Source of the DNA: Escherichia coli
Lineage (GTDB): Bacteria > Pseudomonadota > Gammaproteobacteria > Enterobacterales > Enterobacteriaceae
DNA: 64,000 nucleotides
Reading direction: 5' to 3' (one strand)
Assembly (NCBI RefSeq): GCF_044324875.1
Contig: NZ_CP172185.1
The notes beneath the pieces are model-generated. The model saw nothing but the letters and a program-made list of their open reading frames with translations. It was not told where the DNA came from and searched no databases. This document shows, in pieces, positions 21,035 to 32,160 of this stretch. The position numbers and the translations under genes were made by a program. Within the stretch, counting starts at the first letter, position 1. Each line of letters opens with the position of its first letter.

Positions 21035-23458
21035 ATGAAAATCCATACCACAGAGGCGCTCATGAAGGCTGAAATCAGCCGTAGAAGTCTGATGAAAACC
21101 TCCGCACTTGGCAGTCTCGCGCTGGCAAGCAGTGCTTTCACTCTGCCATTTTCCCAAATGGTCCGAGCGGCAGAGGTACCGGTAGAAGAGAAAGCGGTCT
21201 GGAGTTCCTGCACCGTTAACTGCGGGAGCCGCTGTCTGTTACGTTTGCATGTGAAAGATGACACCGTGTACTGGGTGGAGTCTGATACGACAGGTGACGA
21301 CGTCTACGGTAATCATCAGGTTCGGGCGTGTTTACGCGGACGCTCTATCCGTCGACGGATGAATCATCCTGATAGGTTGAAATATCCCATGAAGCGTGTC
21401 GGCAAGCGCGGTGAAGGTAAATTTGAACGGATAAGTTGGGACGAAGCCCTGGATACCATCAGTGATAATCTTCGGCGGATCCTAAAAGATTACGGCAATG
21501 AGGCTGTACATGTTCTCTATGGAACAGGCGTAGATGGCGGAAACATCACCAACTCAAACGTCCCGTACCGTCTGATGAACTCTTGCGGTGGTTTTCTCAG
21601 TCGCTATGGCAGCTACAGTACCGCACAGATCAGTGCCGCAATGAGTTATATGTTCGGTGCCAATGATGGCAACAGCCCGGATGATATCGCCAATACGAAA
21701 CTGGTCGTTATGTTCGGAAATAACCCGGCAGAAACTCGGATGAGCGGCGGTGGTGTCACTTACTACGTCGAGCAAGCCCGAGAACGTTCAAATGCACGCA
21801 TGATCGTCATCGATCCACGTTATAACGACACAGCTGCCGGACGTGAAGATGAATGGCTGCCCATTCGCCCTGGCACCGATGGAGCACTGGCCTGTGCGAT
21901 TGCCTGGGTACTGATTACTGAAAACATGGTCGATCAGCCATTTCTCGACAAATATTGTGTTGGTTACGATGAAAAAACGCTGCCCGCCAACGCACCACGT
22001 AACGCGCATTATAAAGCCTATATTCTGGGCGAAGGGCCTGACGGCATAGCTAAAACGCCGGAATGGGCAGCAAAAATCACCAGCATACCGGCAGAAAAAA
22101 TTATCCATTTGGCACGAGAGATCGGTTCAGCAAAACCTGCTTATATTTGTCAGGGTTGGGGGCCACAACGACACTCCAACGGCGAACAAACGTCCCGCGC
22201 TATTGCCATGCTTTCCGTTCTCACCGGTAACGTCGGCATAAACGGCGGCAACTCAGGTGTACGCGAAGGTAGCTGGGATCTGGGGGTAGAATGGTTCCCG
22301 ATGCTTGAGAATCCTGTTAAAACGCAGATTTCCGTCTTTACATGGACAGATGCCATCGACCACGGTACGGAAATGACCGCGACCCGTGATGGTGTTCGTG
22401 GAAAAGAAAAACTGGATGTCCCCATCAAGTTTTTATGGTGCTACGCCAGTAACACATTGATCAATCAACATGGCGACATCAATCACACCCATGAGGTGCT
22501 TCAGGATGACAGCAAGTGCGAGATGATTGTTGGCATTGACCACTTCATGACTGCCTCGGCTAAGTATTGCGATATCCTGTTGCCCGACCTGATGCCAACA
22601 GAGCAAGAAGACCTTATCTCTCACGAATCTGCCGGGAATATGGGCTATGTGATCCTCGCCCAACCCGCAACCTCAGCAAAATTTGAACGCAAACCCATCT
22701 ACTGGATGCTGAGCGAAGTCGCCAAACGCTTAGGACCAGACGTTTATCAAACCTTTACTGAAGGCCGCAGTCAGCACGAATGGATCAAATATCTCCATGC
22801 GAAAACGAAGGAACGTAACCCTGAGATGCCCGACTACGAGGAGATGAAAACGACCGGGATCTTTAAGAAAAAATGCCCGGAAGAACACTACGTCGCTTTC
22901 CGCGCATTCCGTGAAGATCCACAGGCAAACCCGTTGAAAACACCTTCGGGGAAAATCGAAATTTATTCTGAACGACTGGCGACGATTGCGGATACCTGGG
23001 AATTGAAAAAAGATGAAATTATTCATCCCCTTCCTGCGTATACCCCAGGTTTTGATGGCTGGGACGATCCCCTGCGGAAAACCTATCCACTGCAGCTAAC
23101 GGGCTTCCACTACAAAGCGCGTACCCACTCCAGCTACGGCAATATTGATGTGTTACAGCAGGCCTGCCCACAAGAGGTGTGGATCAACCCTATTGATGCT
23201 CAGGCACGCGGTATCCGTCATGGCGATACCGTGCGGGTATTTAACAATAATGGAGAAATGCTGATTGCCGCAAAAGTGACTCCGCGTATTCTGCCTGGCG
23301 TTACCGCCATCGGGCAAGGTGCGTGGCTTAAAGCGGATATGTTTGGTGACCGGGTCGATCACGGCGGCAGTATCAATATTCTGACCTCTCACCGCCCTTC
23401 ACCGCTGGCAAAGGGAAACCCGTCGCACAGCAATCTTGTCCAGATCGAAAAGGTTTAA
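21035..23458 (+). CDS. ynfF: YnfF Tat-exported molybdopterin oxidoreductase catalytic subunit, tandem paralog of ynfE, ~807 aa
   Basis: Twin-arginine signal (SRRSLMK) and CTVNCGSRC; highly similar to ynfE; start could be 21032. Confidence 0.92.
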   Translation: MKIHTTEALMKAEISRRSLMKTSALGSLALASSAFTLPFSQMVRAAEVPVEEKAVWSSCTVNCGSRCLLRLHVKDDTVYWVESDTTGDDVYGNHQVRACLRGRSIRRRMNHPDRLKYPMKRVGKRGEGKFERISWDEALDTISDNLRRILKDYGNEAVHVLYGTGVDGGNITNSNVPYRLMNSCGGFLSRYGSYSTAQISAAMSYMFGANDGNSPDDIANTKLVVMFGNNPAETRMSGGGVTYYVEQARERSNARMIVIDPRYNDTAAGREDEWLPIRPGTDGALACAIAWVLITENMVDQPFLDKYCVGYDEKTLPANAPRNAHYKAYILGEGPDGIAKTPEWAAKITSIPAEKIIHLAREIGSAKPAYICQGWGPQRHSNGEQTSRAIAMLSVLTGNVGINGGNSGVREGSWDLGVEWFPMLENPVKTQISVFTWTDAIDHGTEMTATRDGVRGKEKLDVPIKFLWCYASNTLINQHGDINHTHEVLQDDSKCEMIVGIDHFMTASAKYCDILLPDLMPTEQEDLISHESAGNMGYVILAQPATSAKFERKPIYWMLSEVAKRLGPDVYQTFTEGRSQHEWIKYLHAKTKERNPEMPDYEEMKTTGIFKKKCPEEHYVAFRAFREDPQANPLKTPSGKIEIYSERLATIADTWELKKDEIIHPLPAYTPGFDGWDDPLRKTYPLQLTGFHYKARTHSSYGNIDVLQQACPQEVWINPIDAQARGIRHGDTVRVFNNNGEMLIAAKVTPRILPGVTAIGQGAWLKADMFGDRVDHGGSINILTSHRPSPLAKGNPSHSNLVQIEKV

Positions 23459-23468
23459 GGAGTAGCCC

Positions 23469-24086
23469 ATGACCACACAATATGGATTTTTTATCGATTC
23501 CAGCCGCTGTACTGGCTGTAAAACCTGCGAACTGGCGTGCAAAGATTTTAAAGATCTTGGCCCGGAAGTCAGTTTCCGCCGTATTTATGAATATGCTGGC
23601 GGCGACTGGCAGGAAGATAATGGCGTCTGGCACCAGAACGTGTTCGCTTATTATCTCTCCATCTCCTGTAACCATTGCGATGACCCCGCATGTACAAAAG
23701 TCTGCCCCAGCGGCGCAATGCATAAGCGTGAAGATGGCTTTGTGGTGGTTGATGAAGATGTTTGTATCGGCTGCCGCTACTGCCACATGGCTTGTCCATA
23801 CGGCGCGCCACAGTACAATGCTGAAAAAGGACACATGACGAAGTGCGATGGTTGTTATTCGCGCGTCGCCGAGGGGAAACAACCCATATGTGTCGAATCC
23901 TGCCCGCTGCGTGCACTTGAGTTCGGTCCAATTGAAGAGCTTCGCCAGAAGCACGGCACTCTGGCTGCCGTTGCGCCACTGCCGCGCGCGCATTTCACAA
24001 AACCCAATATCGTTATCAAACCTAACGCCAACAGCCGCCCGACCGGCGATACCACTGGTTATCTGGCTAATCCGGAGGAAGTGTAA
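23469..24086 (+). CDS. ynfG: YnfG 4Fe-4S ferredoxin-type electron-transfer subunit (DmsB-like), 205 aa
   Basis: Multiple CxxCxxCxxxCP ferredoxin motifs. Confidence 0.93.
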   Translation: MTTQYGFFIDSSRCTGCKTCELACKDFKDLGPEVSFRRIYEYAGGDWQEDNGVWHQNVFAYYLSISCNHCDDPACTKVCPSGAMHKREDGFVVVDEDVCIGCRYCHMACPYGAPQYNAEKGHMTKCDGCYSRVAEGKQPICVESCPLRALEFGPIEELRQKHGTLAAVAPLPRAHFTKPNIVIKPNANSRPTGDTTGYLANPEEV

Positions 24087-24087
24087 A

Positions 24088-24942
24088 ATGGGAAATGGAT
24101 GGCATGAATGGCCACTGGTTATCTTTACCGTATTGGGTCAATGCGTAGTAGGCGCGCTGATTGTTAGCGGAATTGGCTGGTTCGCCGCCAATAATGACGC
24201 AGACCGTCAGCGTATTGTCCGTGGCATGTTTTTCCTCTGGCTGTTGATGGGCATCGGGTTTATTGCCTCTGTCATGCACCTGGGATCGCCACTGCGAGCG
24301 TTTAACTCGCTGAATCGAATCGGTGCTTCTGGTCTGAGTAACGAAATTGCTGCCGGTTCAATATTTTTTGCCGTTGGCGGATTATGGTGGCTGGTGGCAG
24401 TCATCGGTAAAATGCCGCAAGCGTTGGGGAAACTCTGGTTACTTGTCAGCATGGCGCTCGGCGTCATTTTCGTCTGGATGATGACCTGCGTGTATCAAAT
24501 CGACACAGTGCCAACCTGGTATAACGGTTACACTACGCTAGCTTTCTTCCTGACAGTATTGTTGAGCGGTCCAATACTTGCTGCCACAATTCTGCGGGCA
24601 GCCCGCGTTACATTTAATACCACACCATTTGCCATCATTAGCGTTCTGGCGCTGATCGCTTGTGCCGGGGTGATTGTGCTGCAAGGTTTGTCTCTGGCGT
24701 CTATTCACTCATCCGTACAACAAGCCAGCGCACTGGTACCAGATTACGCCTCCTTACAGGTCTGGCGTGTGGTATTGTTATGCGCAGGTCTAGGATGCTG
24801 GCTTTGTCCGCTCATTCGTCGCCGTGAACCTCACGTTGCCGGACTTGTTCTGGGGCTAATCCTCATACTTGGCGGTGAGATGATCGGGCGTGTGCTCTTT
24901 TATGGCCTGCACATGACGGTAGGAATGGCTATTGCAGGTTAA
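24088..24942 (+). CDS. ynfH: YnfH membrane anchor subunit (DmsC-like), 284 aa
   Basis: Start at ATG 24088 (MGNGWHEWPLVIF) directly after ynfG; the ORF-track entry 23848..24942 is an upstream extension overlapping ynfG. Confidence 0.9.
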   Translation: MGNGWHEWPLVIFTVLGQCVVGALIVSGIGWFAANNDADRQRIVRGMFFLWLLMGIGFIASVMHLGSPLRAFNSLNRIGASGLSNEIAAGSIFFAVGGLWWLVAVIGKMPQALGKLWLLVSMALGVIFVWMMTCVYQIDTVPTWYNGYTTLAFFLTVLLSGPILAATILRAARVTFNTTPFAIISVLALIACAGVIVLQGLSLASIHSSVQQASALVPDYASLQVWRVVLLCAGLGCWLCPLIRRREPHVAGLVLGLILILGGEMIGRVLFYGLHMTVGMAIAG

Positions 24943-24984
24943 CAAATTGGTGCGGGGCAACCCGCACATTTCAGGATGTTAGGA

Positions 24985-25599
24985 ATGACCCATTTTTCAC
25001 AGCAAGATAATTTTTCTGTCGCGGCGCGCGTGTTGGGCGCGCTGTTTTATTACGCTCCAGAGAGTGCGGAAGCCGCCCCCCTGGTTGCGGTACTCACCCG
25101 TGACGGCTGGGAAACTCAGTGGCCTCTACCAGAAGCGTCATTAGCGCCGCTGGTGACTGCTTTTCAGACACAGAGTGAAGAGACTCACGCCCAGGCCTGG
25201 CAGCGTTTGTTTGTCGGCCCGTGGGCACTGCCGTCACCGCCGTGGGGGTCGGTCTGGCTGGATCGCGAATCTGTGCTGTTTGGCGATTCAACATTGGCAC
25301 TTCGTCAGTGGATGCGCGAGAAAGGCATTCAGTTTGAAATGCAGCAAAACGAACCGGAAGATCATTTTGGTTCACTGCTGTTGATGGCTGCGTGGTTGGC
25401 GGAGAATGGTCGCCAGACAGAATGCGAAGAATTGCTGGCATGGCACCTTTTTCCGTGGTCAACACGATTTCTTGACGTTTTTATCGAAAAAGCAGAACAC
25501 CCTTTCTACCGTGCACTGGGGGAACTGGCTCGCTTAACGCTGGCGCAATGGCAATCACAACTGTTAATTCCTGTCGCGGTTAAACCACTCTTTCGTTAG
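24985..25599 (+). CDS. dmsD: DmsD Tat proofreading chaperone, 204 aa
   Basis: Translation MTHFSQQDNFSVAARVLGALFYYAPESAEA... Confidence 0.92.
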   Translation: MTHFSQQDNFSVAARVLGALFYYAPESAEAAPLVAVLTRDGWETQWPLPEASLAPLVTAFQTQSEETHAQAWQRLFVGPWALPSPPWGSVWLDRESVLFGDSTLALRQWMREKGIQFEMQQNEPEDHFGSLLLMAAWLAENGRQTECEELLAWHLFPWSTRFLDVFIEKAEHPFYRALGELARLTLAQWQSQLLIPVAVKPLFR

Positions 25600-25793
25600 G
25601 ATCACCGTAATATTGCCGGATGGTGACGATTACGCGCAATTCGGCAATAATAGGTTACAGCGTCACGTTTTTTTATCTCTTAAAGCACGCACTGCTTTTG
25701 CGGCTGGCCTCTTTTGCCGCAAAATAGTCGCCCGTGTTTCATTGCCCATTTCTGCTCATGCATCATCTACACATCTATCCGGATCTGCGCACT

Positions 25794-27050
25794 ATGTTCC
25801 GCCGTCTGCTTATCGCAACAGTCGTCGGTATTCTTGCGGCCTTTGCCGTTGCCGGGTTTCGTCATGCAATGCTGCTACTGGAGTGGTTGTTCCTCAATAA
25901 TGACTCGGGCAGTCTGGTCAATGCAGCGACAAATCTTTCCCCATGGCGACGGCTGCTAACCCCGGCGCTCGGCGGACTGGCGGCGGGTTTGTTGCTGATG
26001 GGCTGGCAGAAATTTACCCAGCAACGCCCTCATGCGCCGACCGATTACATGGAAGCGTTGCAAACCGATGGGCAGTTTGATTACGCAGCAAGCCTGGTTA
26101 AATCGCTTGCCTCTCTGCTGGTAGTAACCAGCGGCAGTGCAATTGGTCGCGAAGGTGCGATGATTCTTTTAGCTGCCCTTGCCGCCTCCTGTTTTGCCCA
26201 ACGTTTTACGCCACGCCAGGAGTGGAAATTATGGATCGCCTGTGGGGCCGCGGCGGGAATGGCTGCGGCCTATCGTGCCCCGCTTGCTGGCAGTTTATTT
26301 ATAGCCGAAGTGCTGTTTGGCACTATGATGTTGGCCTCTCTCGGCCCGGTGATTATTTCCGCCGTCGTGGCGTTGCTGGTTAGCAATCTGATTAATCATA
26401 GCGACGCGTTACTCTACAGCGTACAACTCTCAGTGACGGTTCAGGCTCGTGACTATGCGCTGATTATCAGTACAGGTGTGCTGGCAGGTCTGTGCGGACC
26501 ACTGTTGTTAACGTTAATGAACGCCTGTCATCGTGGATTTGTGAGTCTCAAACTTGCGCCGCCCTGGCAACTGGCACTGGGCGGGTTGATCGTGGGTCTG
26601 CTTTCCCTGTTCACACCTACAGTGTGGGGCAACGGCTATAGCACCGTACAATCCTTTTTAACCGCCCCGCCACTGTTAATGATCATTGCCGGGATCTTCC
26701 TATGTAAACTGTTTGCCGTGCTGGCGAGTAGTGGTTCTGGCGCGCCCGGTGGTGTCTTTACACCGACGCTATTTATCGGTCTTGCCATTGGCATGCTGTA
26801 TGGTCGTAGCCTGGGATTATGGTTCCCTGATGGCGAAGAAATGACGCTTTTACTCGGATTGACCGGAATGGCGACACTGTTGGCGGCGACCACGCACGCG
26901 CCGATTATGTCGACGTTGATGATATGTGAAATGACCGGGGAATATCAGCTACTCCCCGGTTTATTGATTGCCTGCGTAATTGCGTCGGTAATTTCGCGGA
27001 CGTTACACCGTGACTCTATCTACCGCCAGCACACTGCGCAGCATAGCTAA
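25794..27050 (+). CDS. clcB: ClcB voltage-gated ClC-type chloride channel, 418 aa
   Basis: ClC motifs GSAIGREG and GxFxP (GGVFTP); start [10 protein letters not shown]. Confidence 0.9.
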   Translation: MFRRLLIATVVGILAAFAVAGFRHAMLLLEWLFLNNDSGSLVNAATNLSPWRRLLTPALGGLAAGLLLMGWQKFTQQRPHAPTDYMEALQTDGQFDYAASLVKSLASLLVVTSGSAIGREGAMILLAALAASCFAQRFTPRQEWKLWIACGAAAGMAAAYRAPLAGSLFIAEVLFGTMMLASLGPVIISAVVALLVSNLINHSDALLYSVQLSVTVQARDYALIISTGVLAGLCGPLLLTLMNACHRGFVSLKLAPPWQLALGGLIVGLLSLFTPTVWGNGYSTVQSFLTAPPLLMIIAGIFLCKLFAVLASSGSGAPGGVFTPTLFIGLAIGMLYGRSLGLWFPDGEEMTLLLGLTGMATLLAATTHAPIMSTLMICEMTGEYQLLPGLLIACVIASVISRTLHRDSIYRQHTAQHS

Positions 27051-27698
27051 GCGGATGTATTGCCCCAGTTCACGCTGTTCGGCGCGCGGCAGATAAGGCA
27101 GTTCACCAATGAGCGGTGCCGGAAGTTTTTTACCCAGCACATCAATGATTTCCGCATAATGCGCCAGTCCTGGATTGATTCGGTTAGCCACCCAGCCAAT
27201 GAGCGGTAGCCCGTCGTTGGCGATCGCCTGAGCTGTTAGCAGTGCATGGTTAATGCAACCTTCCTGAATACCGACAACCATCAACACCGGCAGTTGTTCC
27301 TGCACCACCCATTCAGAGAGCGGACGCAAATCATTCATCAGACTGCGCCAGCCGCCAGTCCCTTCTACCACCACATGATCGACTTTATCGGTCAGGTTTG
27401 CCAGGCCGTTTGAAATGAGGGTGTAATTGATTGGGCAACTGTGCGCCACGCTACTTTCTTCTTCGCTTAACGCGATAGGATTAACTGCTTCATAAGGCAG
27501 TTCGATGGTTGAAACACTCTGCAACACCAGGGCATCTTTATTACGCAGCCCTTCGGGTGTCTCTTTGCTCCCCTTCGCTACGGGTTTATATCCCGCAACC
27601 GTTTTTCCCTGGGAGGCTAACGCTTGTAGCAATGCGCGGGAAACCACCGTTTTCCCTACAGAAGTGTCTGTACCGGTAATAAAGAAACGCTTCAGCAT
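27003..27698 (-). CDS. ynfK: YnfK (BioD2) dethiobiotin synthetase paralog, 231 aa
   Basis: P-loop GTDTSVGKT; 3' end overlaps clcB by 48 bp (convergent). Confidence 0.9.
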   Translation of the reverse strand: MLKRFFITGTDTSVGKTVVSRALLQALASQGKTVAGYKPVAKGSKETPEGLRNKDALVLQSVSTIELPYEAVNPIALSEEESSVAHSCPINYTLISNGLANLTDKVDHVVVEGTGGWRSLMNDLRPLSEWVVQEQLPVLMVVGIQEGCINHALLTAQAIANDGLPLIGWVANRINPGLAHYAEIIDVLGKKLPAPLIGELPYLPRAEQRELGQYIRLAMLRSVLAVDRVTV

Positions 27699-27822
27699 CA
27701 CTAACTCCACCGTTATGCTTCACAAATATAAACCAGGAAAATAATTAACCTTGAAAGTCTAAGTTATGCTTTCCTGGCCCAAATTGAGATAGCGCAAATT
27801 TTGGTAGAACAGTTAAAAAATG

Positions 27823-29043
27823 TTAACCCTGCAACAGACGAATCAACAAAGAACCGTTATACATCGCGTCTTTTACCAGCGCAGCCCCTGCCATCGTACC
27901 CTGGTTAGAAAACTGAGTACTCTCAACGCTAATGTGCTGACTATACGCAGGAAGGGCCTGCTGACGGATGCTGTCCGAGATGACCGGGAAGAGGATATCT
28001 GCCGCTTTACTTAACGGTGAGCCAATCAGTATTTTTTGTGGGTTAAATAAATTCACCATGATGGCAAGAATGCGACCGACATGCGCGCCTACCCCGGTAA
28101 TGATGTCTTTTGCCAGTAGATCGCCGCGCAATGCCGCCTGACACAATGAGTCCACGGTTAACGGTTGTCCATGTAACATCGAGCTCATGGATTGATTGAG
28201 ACGCAGCTGTGCCAGCTCAAGAATACTGTCCACACTGGCGATGGTTTCGAGGCAACCGTGATTCCCGCAATAACAGCGTTTCCCATACGGGTCGACCTGT
28301 GTGTGGCCTATTTCCACGAGGCTACTGCTGCCTGCGTGTAGCAGATGACCATCGGTAATGACGCCCGCCCCCACGTTGTGATCGATAACCACCTGAATCA
28401 CATCGCGCGCCCCGCGTGAGGCACCAAACAAGGCCTCTGCCATCGTCCATGCGCTGATATCATGCTGAATATAAACCGGTACGCCGGTATGCTGCTCCAG
28501 CGCCTCGCCGAGCGGCATCTCTTTTACATCCTCGTAGAACGGCATGCGATGTACTATGCCATTTTCCGTATCAATAATTCCCGGCAAGGTTATGGCAATC
28601 GAAGTCAGACGCTCAAGTTTTTTCTGGTGGCGGATAAAAAACTGATCGATATGGGAAATGATACGATCCAGCAATGGTGAGTCATCTTTTAACGCCAGTT
28701 CCTGCGCCTCCTCCACCACCAGTTTGCTGCTCAGATCGCGCAGAGCAAGGAAAATCTCCCCGCGACTAATGCGCAGAGAAAGATAGTGCCAGGCTTCAGT
28801 TTCAACCACCAGCCCCACCGCCGGACGGCCACGGTTCCCCGCTTCTTTGATTTCCAGCTCTTGCACCAGGTGTGCTTCGAGCATCTCACGGACAATTTTG
28901 GTGATACTGGCAGGAGCCAGTTGCGCCAGACGGGAAAGATCGATACGCGAGACTGGACCAAGCTGATCAATCAGGCGATAAACCGCGCCCGCGTTGGTCT
29001 GCTTTATTTGATCAATGTGCCCAGGCTGGTTTTCAGCAACCAC
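27823..29043 (-). CDS. mlc: Mlc (DgsA) ROK-family global regulator, 406 aa, non-ATG start
   Basis: ROK signature with Cys cluster (CYCGNHGC); translation begins VAENQPGHIDQIK. Confidence 0.93.
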   Translation of the reverse strand: MVAENQPGHIDQIKQTNAGAVYRLIDQLGPVSRIDLSRLAQLAPASITKIVREMLEAHLVQELEIKEAGNRGRPAVGLVVETEAWHYLSLRISRGEIFLALRDLSSKLVVEEAQELALKDDSPLLDRIISHIDQFFIRHQKKLERLTSIAITLPGIIDTENGIVHRMPFYEDVKEMPLGEALEQHTGVPVYIQHDISAWTMAEALFGASRGARDVIQVVIDHNVGAGVITDGHLLHAGSSSLVEIGHTQVDPYGKRCYCGNHGCLETIASVDSILELAQLRLNQSMSSMLHGQPLTVDSLCQAALRGDLLAKDIITGVGAHVGRILAIMVNLFNPQKILIGSPLSKAADILFPVISDSIRQQALPAYSQHISVESTQFSNQGTMAGAALVKDAMYNGSLLIRLLQG

Positions 29044-29177
29044 CGCATACTCCCTATATTTTCGCGCTCCGAAATAATCTGTAGGCTATGGTGAAGCACT
29101 TCAATACGTGTCGTCAAATTTTTACTTAGGCATGTGATTAACAGCACATTTTTCGGGCTTTTTCGCTGAAATTTCCC

Positions 29178-30071
29178 TCACCTGAGAGCATTCAGCAGAT
29201 GAATACGAAAGTTACGCGCAGCCGGACTTTGTTCATGGTGTTTCGGCCAGACCAACCACATTTCAGAAACCGCATCCTCTTCAGCAATCGGCACCCAGCG
29301 CATTTCGTTGAGCTGAACACGTTTAAATGACGCAGGCAAAATTGAAACACCCAGACCAGCGGAAACCAGACCGATGATGGTCATTGCCTCACCCACCTCC
29401 TGAGTGATGACGGGCGTCAAATTGTAACGTCGCATCAGCCCGAGAATATCGTCATACAGCCCTGTCCCTACGTGCGGATCAAAAAAGACAAAGGGTTCTT
29501 TCGCCAGTTCAGCCAGCGTTACACTCGGGTTATTTGCCAAGGGATGATCGTGCGGGATCATCGCCATAAGCGGTTCATGGACGATGACTGCGTGTTCAAG
29601 CGTCTCCGGTAACGCTGTGTTACGCAGCAATCCCATATCCAGCGTTCCTTCAATGAGCGGAGCGATTTGCTCGCGAGTGTTCATTTCGCGGGTTTGTAAA
29701 TGGACATCGGGATAATCACGGCGAAACAGCGATAACGTATCGGACACTGCCCGAATAAAAGGAGCGGACGAAGTAAAACCAATGCGCAACTCCCCCGCTT
29801 CGCCCTGATGCAGCCTTTCAGCGCGAGCGGCAGCATCATCCACCATAGACAAGATTTGCCGACTATCTACAAGAAACTGTTTTCCTGCTGCCGTCAGCAA
29901 TACACTGCGATTGGTCCGTGCCAGCAGTCGGGCACCAATTTGTTGCTCCAGCGCCTGAATCTGTTGACTTAGCGGTGGTTGCGAAATATTCAGGCGGGCA
30001 GCGGCGCGCCCGAAATGCAGCTCTTCTGCAACCGCAACAAAGTAACGCAGATGACGAAGTTCAATATTCAT
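29178..30071 (-). CDS. ynfL: YnfL LysR-type transcriptional regulator, 297 aa
   Basis: N-terminal LysR HTH (LRYFVAVAEELHFGRAAARL); divergent from ynfM. Confidence 0.88.
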   Translation of the reverse strand: MNIELRHLRYFVAVAEELHFGRAAARLNISQPPLSQQIQALEQQIGARLLARTNRSVLLTAAGKQFLVDSRQILSMVDDAAARAERLHQGEAGELRIGFTSSAPFIRAVSDTLSLFRRDYPDVHLQTREMNTREQIAPLIEGTLDMGLLRNTALPETLEHAVIVHEPLMAMIPHDHPLANNPSVTLAELAKEPFVFFDPHVGTGLYDDILGLMRRYNLTPVITQEVGEAMTIIGLVSAGLGVSILPASFKRVQLNEMRWVPIAEEDAVSEMWLVWPKHHEQSPAARNFRIHLLNALR

Positions 30072-30177
30072 ATTTAAAACATCTTATTTGAGATTATTAA
30101 TATATTAGACAGAACAATTCGATTTTCCTAATCTATTCATAAGCCTGATCCACAGGCATATTTAGCAAGGATTTCAA

Positions 30178-31431
30178 GTGAGCCGTACTACAACTGTTGA
30201 TGGCGCTCCGGCAAGCGACACTGACAAGCAAAGCATTTCTCAGCCAAATCAATTTATTAAACGCGGTACGCCGCAATTTATGCGCGTCACCCTGGCGCTG
30301 TTCTCTGCCGGACTGGCAACCTTCGCACTTCTCTATTGTGTGCAACCTATCCTTCCGGTGCTTTCGCAGGAGTTTGGCTTAACGCCCGCGAACAGTAGTA
30401 TTTCACTGTCCATTTCCACGGCGATGTTGGCTATCGGTTTGCTGTTTACTGGCCCGTTATCCGATGCCATTGGTCGCAAACCAGTGATGGTCACGGCGCT
30501 ACTGTTGGCCTCCATTTGTACGTTACTTTCGACAATGATGACCAGCTGGCACGGCATTTTGATTATGCGCGCCTTGATTGGGCTTTCGTTAAGTGGCGTA
30601 GCAGCTGTTGGCATGACTTATCTTAGCGAGGAAATCCACCCCAGTTTCGTGGCCTTTTCGATGGGGTTGTATATCAGCGGCAACTCAATTGGCGGCATGA
30701 GCGGACGCTTAATTAGCGGTGTCTTCACGGACTTTTTCAACTGGCGAATTGCGCTGGCGGCAATCGGTTGTTTCGCGCTGGCCTCGGCGTTAATGTTCTG
30801 GAAAATCCTCCCTGAATCACGCCATTTTCGCCCGACTTCGCTGCGACCTAAGACGTTGTTTATCAACTTTCGTCTGCACTGGCGTGACCGGGGATTACCG
30901 TTATTGTTCGCAGAAGGCTTTTTGCTGATGGGGTCGTTCGTCACGCTGTTTAATTACATCGGCTATCGGTTGATGCTCTCCCCCTGGCATGTCAGCCAGG
31001 CCGTGGTTGGCTTATTATCGCTGGCTTATTTGACCGGTACATGGAGCTCACCCAAAGCCGGAACCATGACCACCCGCTATGGGCGCGGTCCGGTGATGTT
31101 GTTTTCGACGGGGGTTATGCTGTTTGGTTTACTGATGACCTTATTTAGCTCGCTGTGGCTGATCTTTGCCGGAATGTTACTCTTCTCAGCCGGATTCTTC
31201 GCAGCCCACTCAGTAGCCAGCAGCTGGATCGGCCCCCGCGCAAAACGCGCTAAAGGCCAGGCCTCCTCGCTGTATCTGTTCAGTTACTATCTGGGGTCGA
31301 GTATTGCCGGGACGCTGGGTGGTGTTTTCTGGCATAACTATGGCTGGAACGGCGTCGGCGCATTTATTGCTCTGATGCTGGTCATTGCTCTGCTGGTCGG
31401 GACGCGTTTGCATCGTCGTCTGCACGCCTGA
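30178..31431 (+). CDS. ynfM: YnfM MFS transporter, 417 aa
   Basis: 12-TM MFS translation. Confidence 0.88.
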   Translation: MSRTTTVDGAPASDTDKQSISQPNQFIKRGTPQFMRVTLALFSAGLATFALLYCVQPILPVLSQEFGLTPANSSISLSISTAMLAIGLLFTGPLSDAIGRKPVMVTALLLASICTLLSTMMTSWHGILIMRALIGLSLSGVAAVGMTYLSEEIHPSFVAFSMGLYISGNSIGGMSGRLISGVFTDFFNWRIALAAIGCFALASALMFWKILPESRHFRPTSLRPKTLFINFRLHWRDRGLPLLFAEGFLLMGSFVTLFNYIGYRLMLSPWHVSQAVVGLLSLAYLTGTWSSPKAGTMTTRYGRGPVMLFSTGVMLFGLLMTLFSSLWLIFAGMLLFSAGFFAAHSVASSWIGPRAKRAKGQASSLYLFSYYLGSSIAGTLGGVFWHNYGWNGVGAFIALMLVIALLVGTRLHRRLHA

Positions 31432-31449
31432 AAAAATAAATATCCTCCG

Positions 31450-32160
31450 GCATAGCCGGAGGTTTTTCAAATGCGCCTATAAGGCTCTCTTACCAGCCGC
31501 GCCCTAACAGGCGCACACGATCTGACATTTGCATCCAACTTCGTTACTTACGGCCCGTAAACGGGCTGCCCGGATAGGGAATCGATAACTGCTCTCCCAT
31601 TTTATCCTCTTCAAGCTGGTGCTTTATGTAATCCTGTATCTTCGCCGTGTTCTTACCCACCGTATCGACGTAATACCCTCTGCACCAGAACTCCCTGTTC
31701 CTGTATTTGAATTTCAAATCACCAAACTGCTCGTAAAGCATCAGACTGCTTTTCCCTTTCAGATATCCCATAAAGCCTGATACGCTCATTTTGGGCGGGA
31801 TCTCCACAAGCATATGGATATGATCTGCACAGCATTCAGCTTCCAGAATCCGTACACTTTTCCACTCACACAGCTTTCTCAAAATACAGCCTATTGCTCT
31901 ACGCTTCTCTCTGTAGAACACCTGTCTTCGGTATTTTGGCGCAAATACTATGTGATATTTACAGTTCCATCGGGTGTGCGCTAAGCTCTTTTCGTTCCCC
32001 ATTGGGACCCCCTTTTGATTTCTTGTTTGACACTTGCAGTTGCCAGACCGCAAGGTGTTTTAACAAATCAAAAGGGGTTTTAATAACTGGCTCAAAGCTG
32101 AAAGCTTTCCGGAACCCCCAGCCTAGCTGGGGGTTTTCTGTGCACAATAAGTCCGGACTG
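31450..32160 (-). mobile_element. IS200-like element (IS200/IS605 family), about 0.7 kb; ends approximate
   Basis: Contains Y1 (HuH) transposase gene; upstream of its ATG is a stem-loop that includes the SD, and further upstream a perfect palindrome ggaacccccagcctagctgggggtt at ~32103-32128; no terminal inverted repeats expected for this family. Confidence 0.7.
31544..32002 (-). CDS. tnpA: IS200-family TnpA Y1 transposase, 152 aa
   Basis: Translation MGNEKSLAHTRWNCKYHIVFAPKYRRQVFY... with HuH motif (ADHIHMLVEIPP) and catalytic Tyr region. Confidence 0.9.
   Translation of the reverse strand: MGNEKSLAHTRWNCKYHIVFAPKYRRQVFYREKRRAIGCILRKLCEWKSVRILEAECCADHIHMLVEIPPKMSVSGFMGYLKGKSSLMLYEQFGDLKFKYRNREFWCRGYYVDTVGKNTAKIQDYIKHQLEEDKMGEQLSIPYPGSPFTGRK

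Noticed and set aside
23848-24942. 364-aa ORF-track version of ynfH
   Set aside because: The N-terminal extension overlaps ynfG in another frame; the real start is the ATG at 24088, giving the expected 284-aa anchor subunit.
25613-25959. Short plus-strand ORFs upstream of and overlapping the clcB start
   Set aside because: They overlap the clcB 5' region in other frames; clcB start at 25794 gives the expected 418-aa channel.
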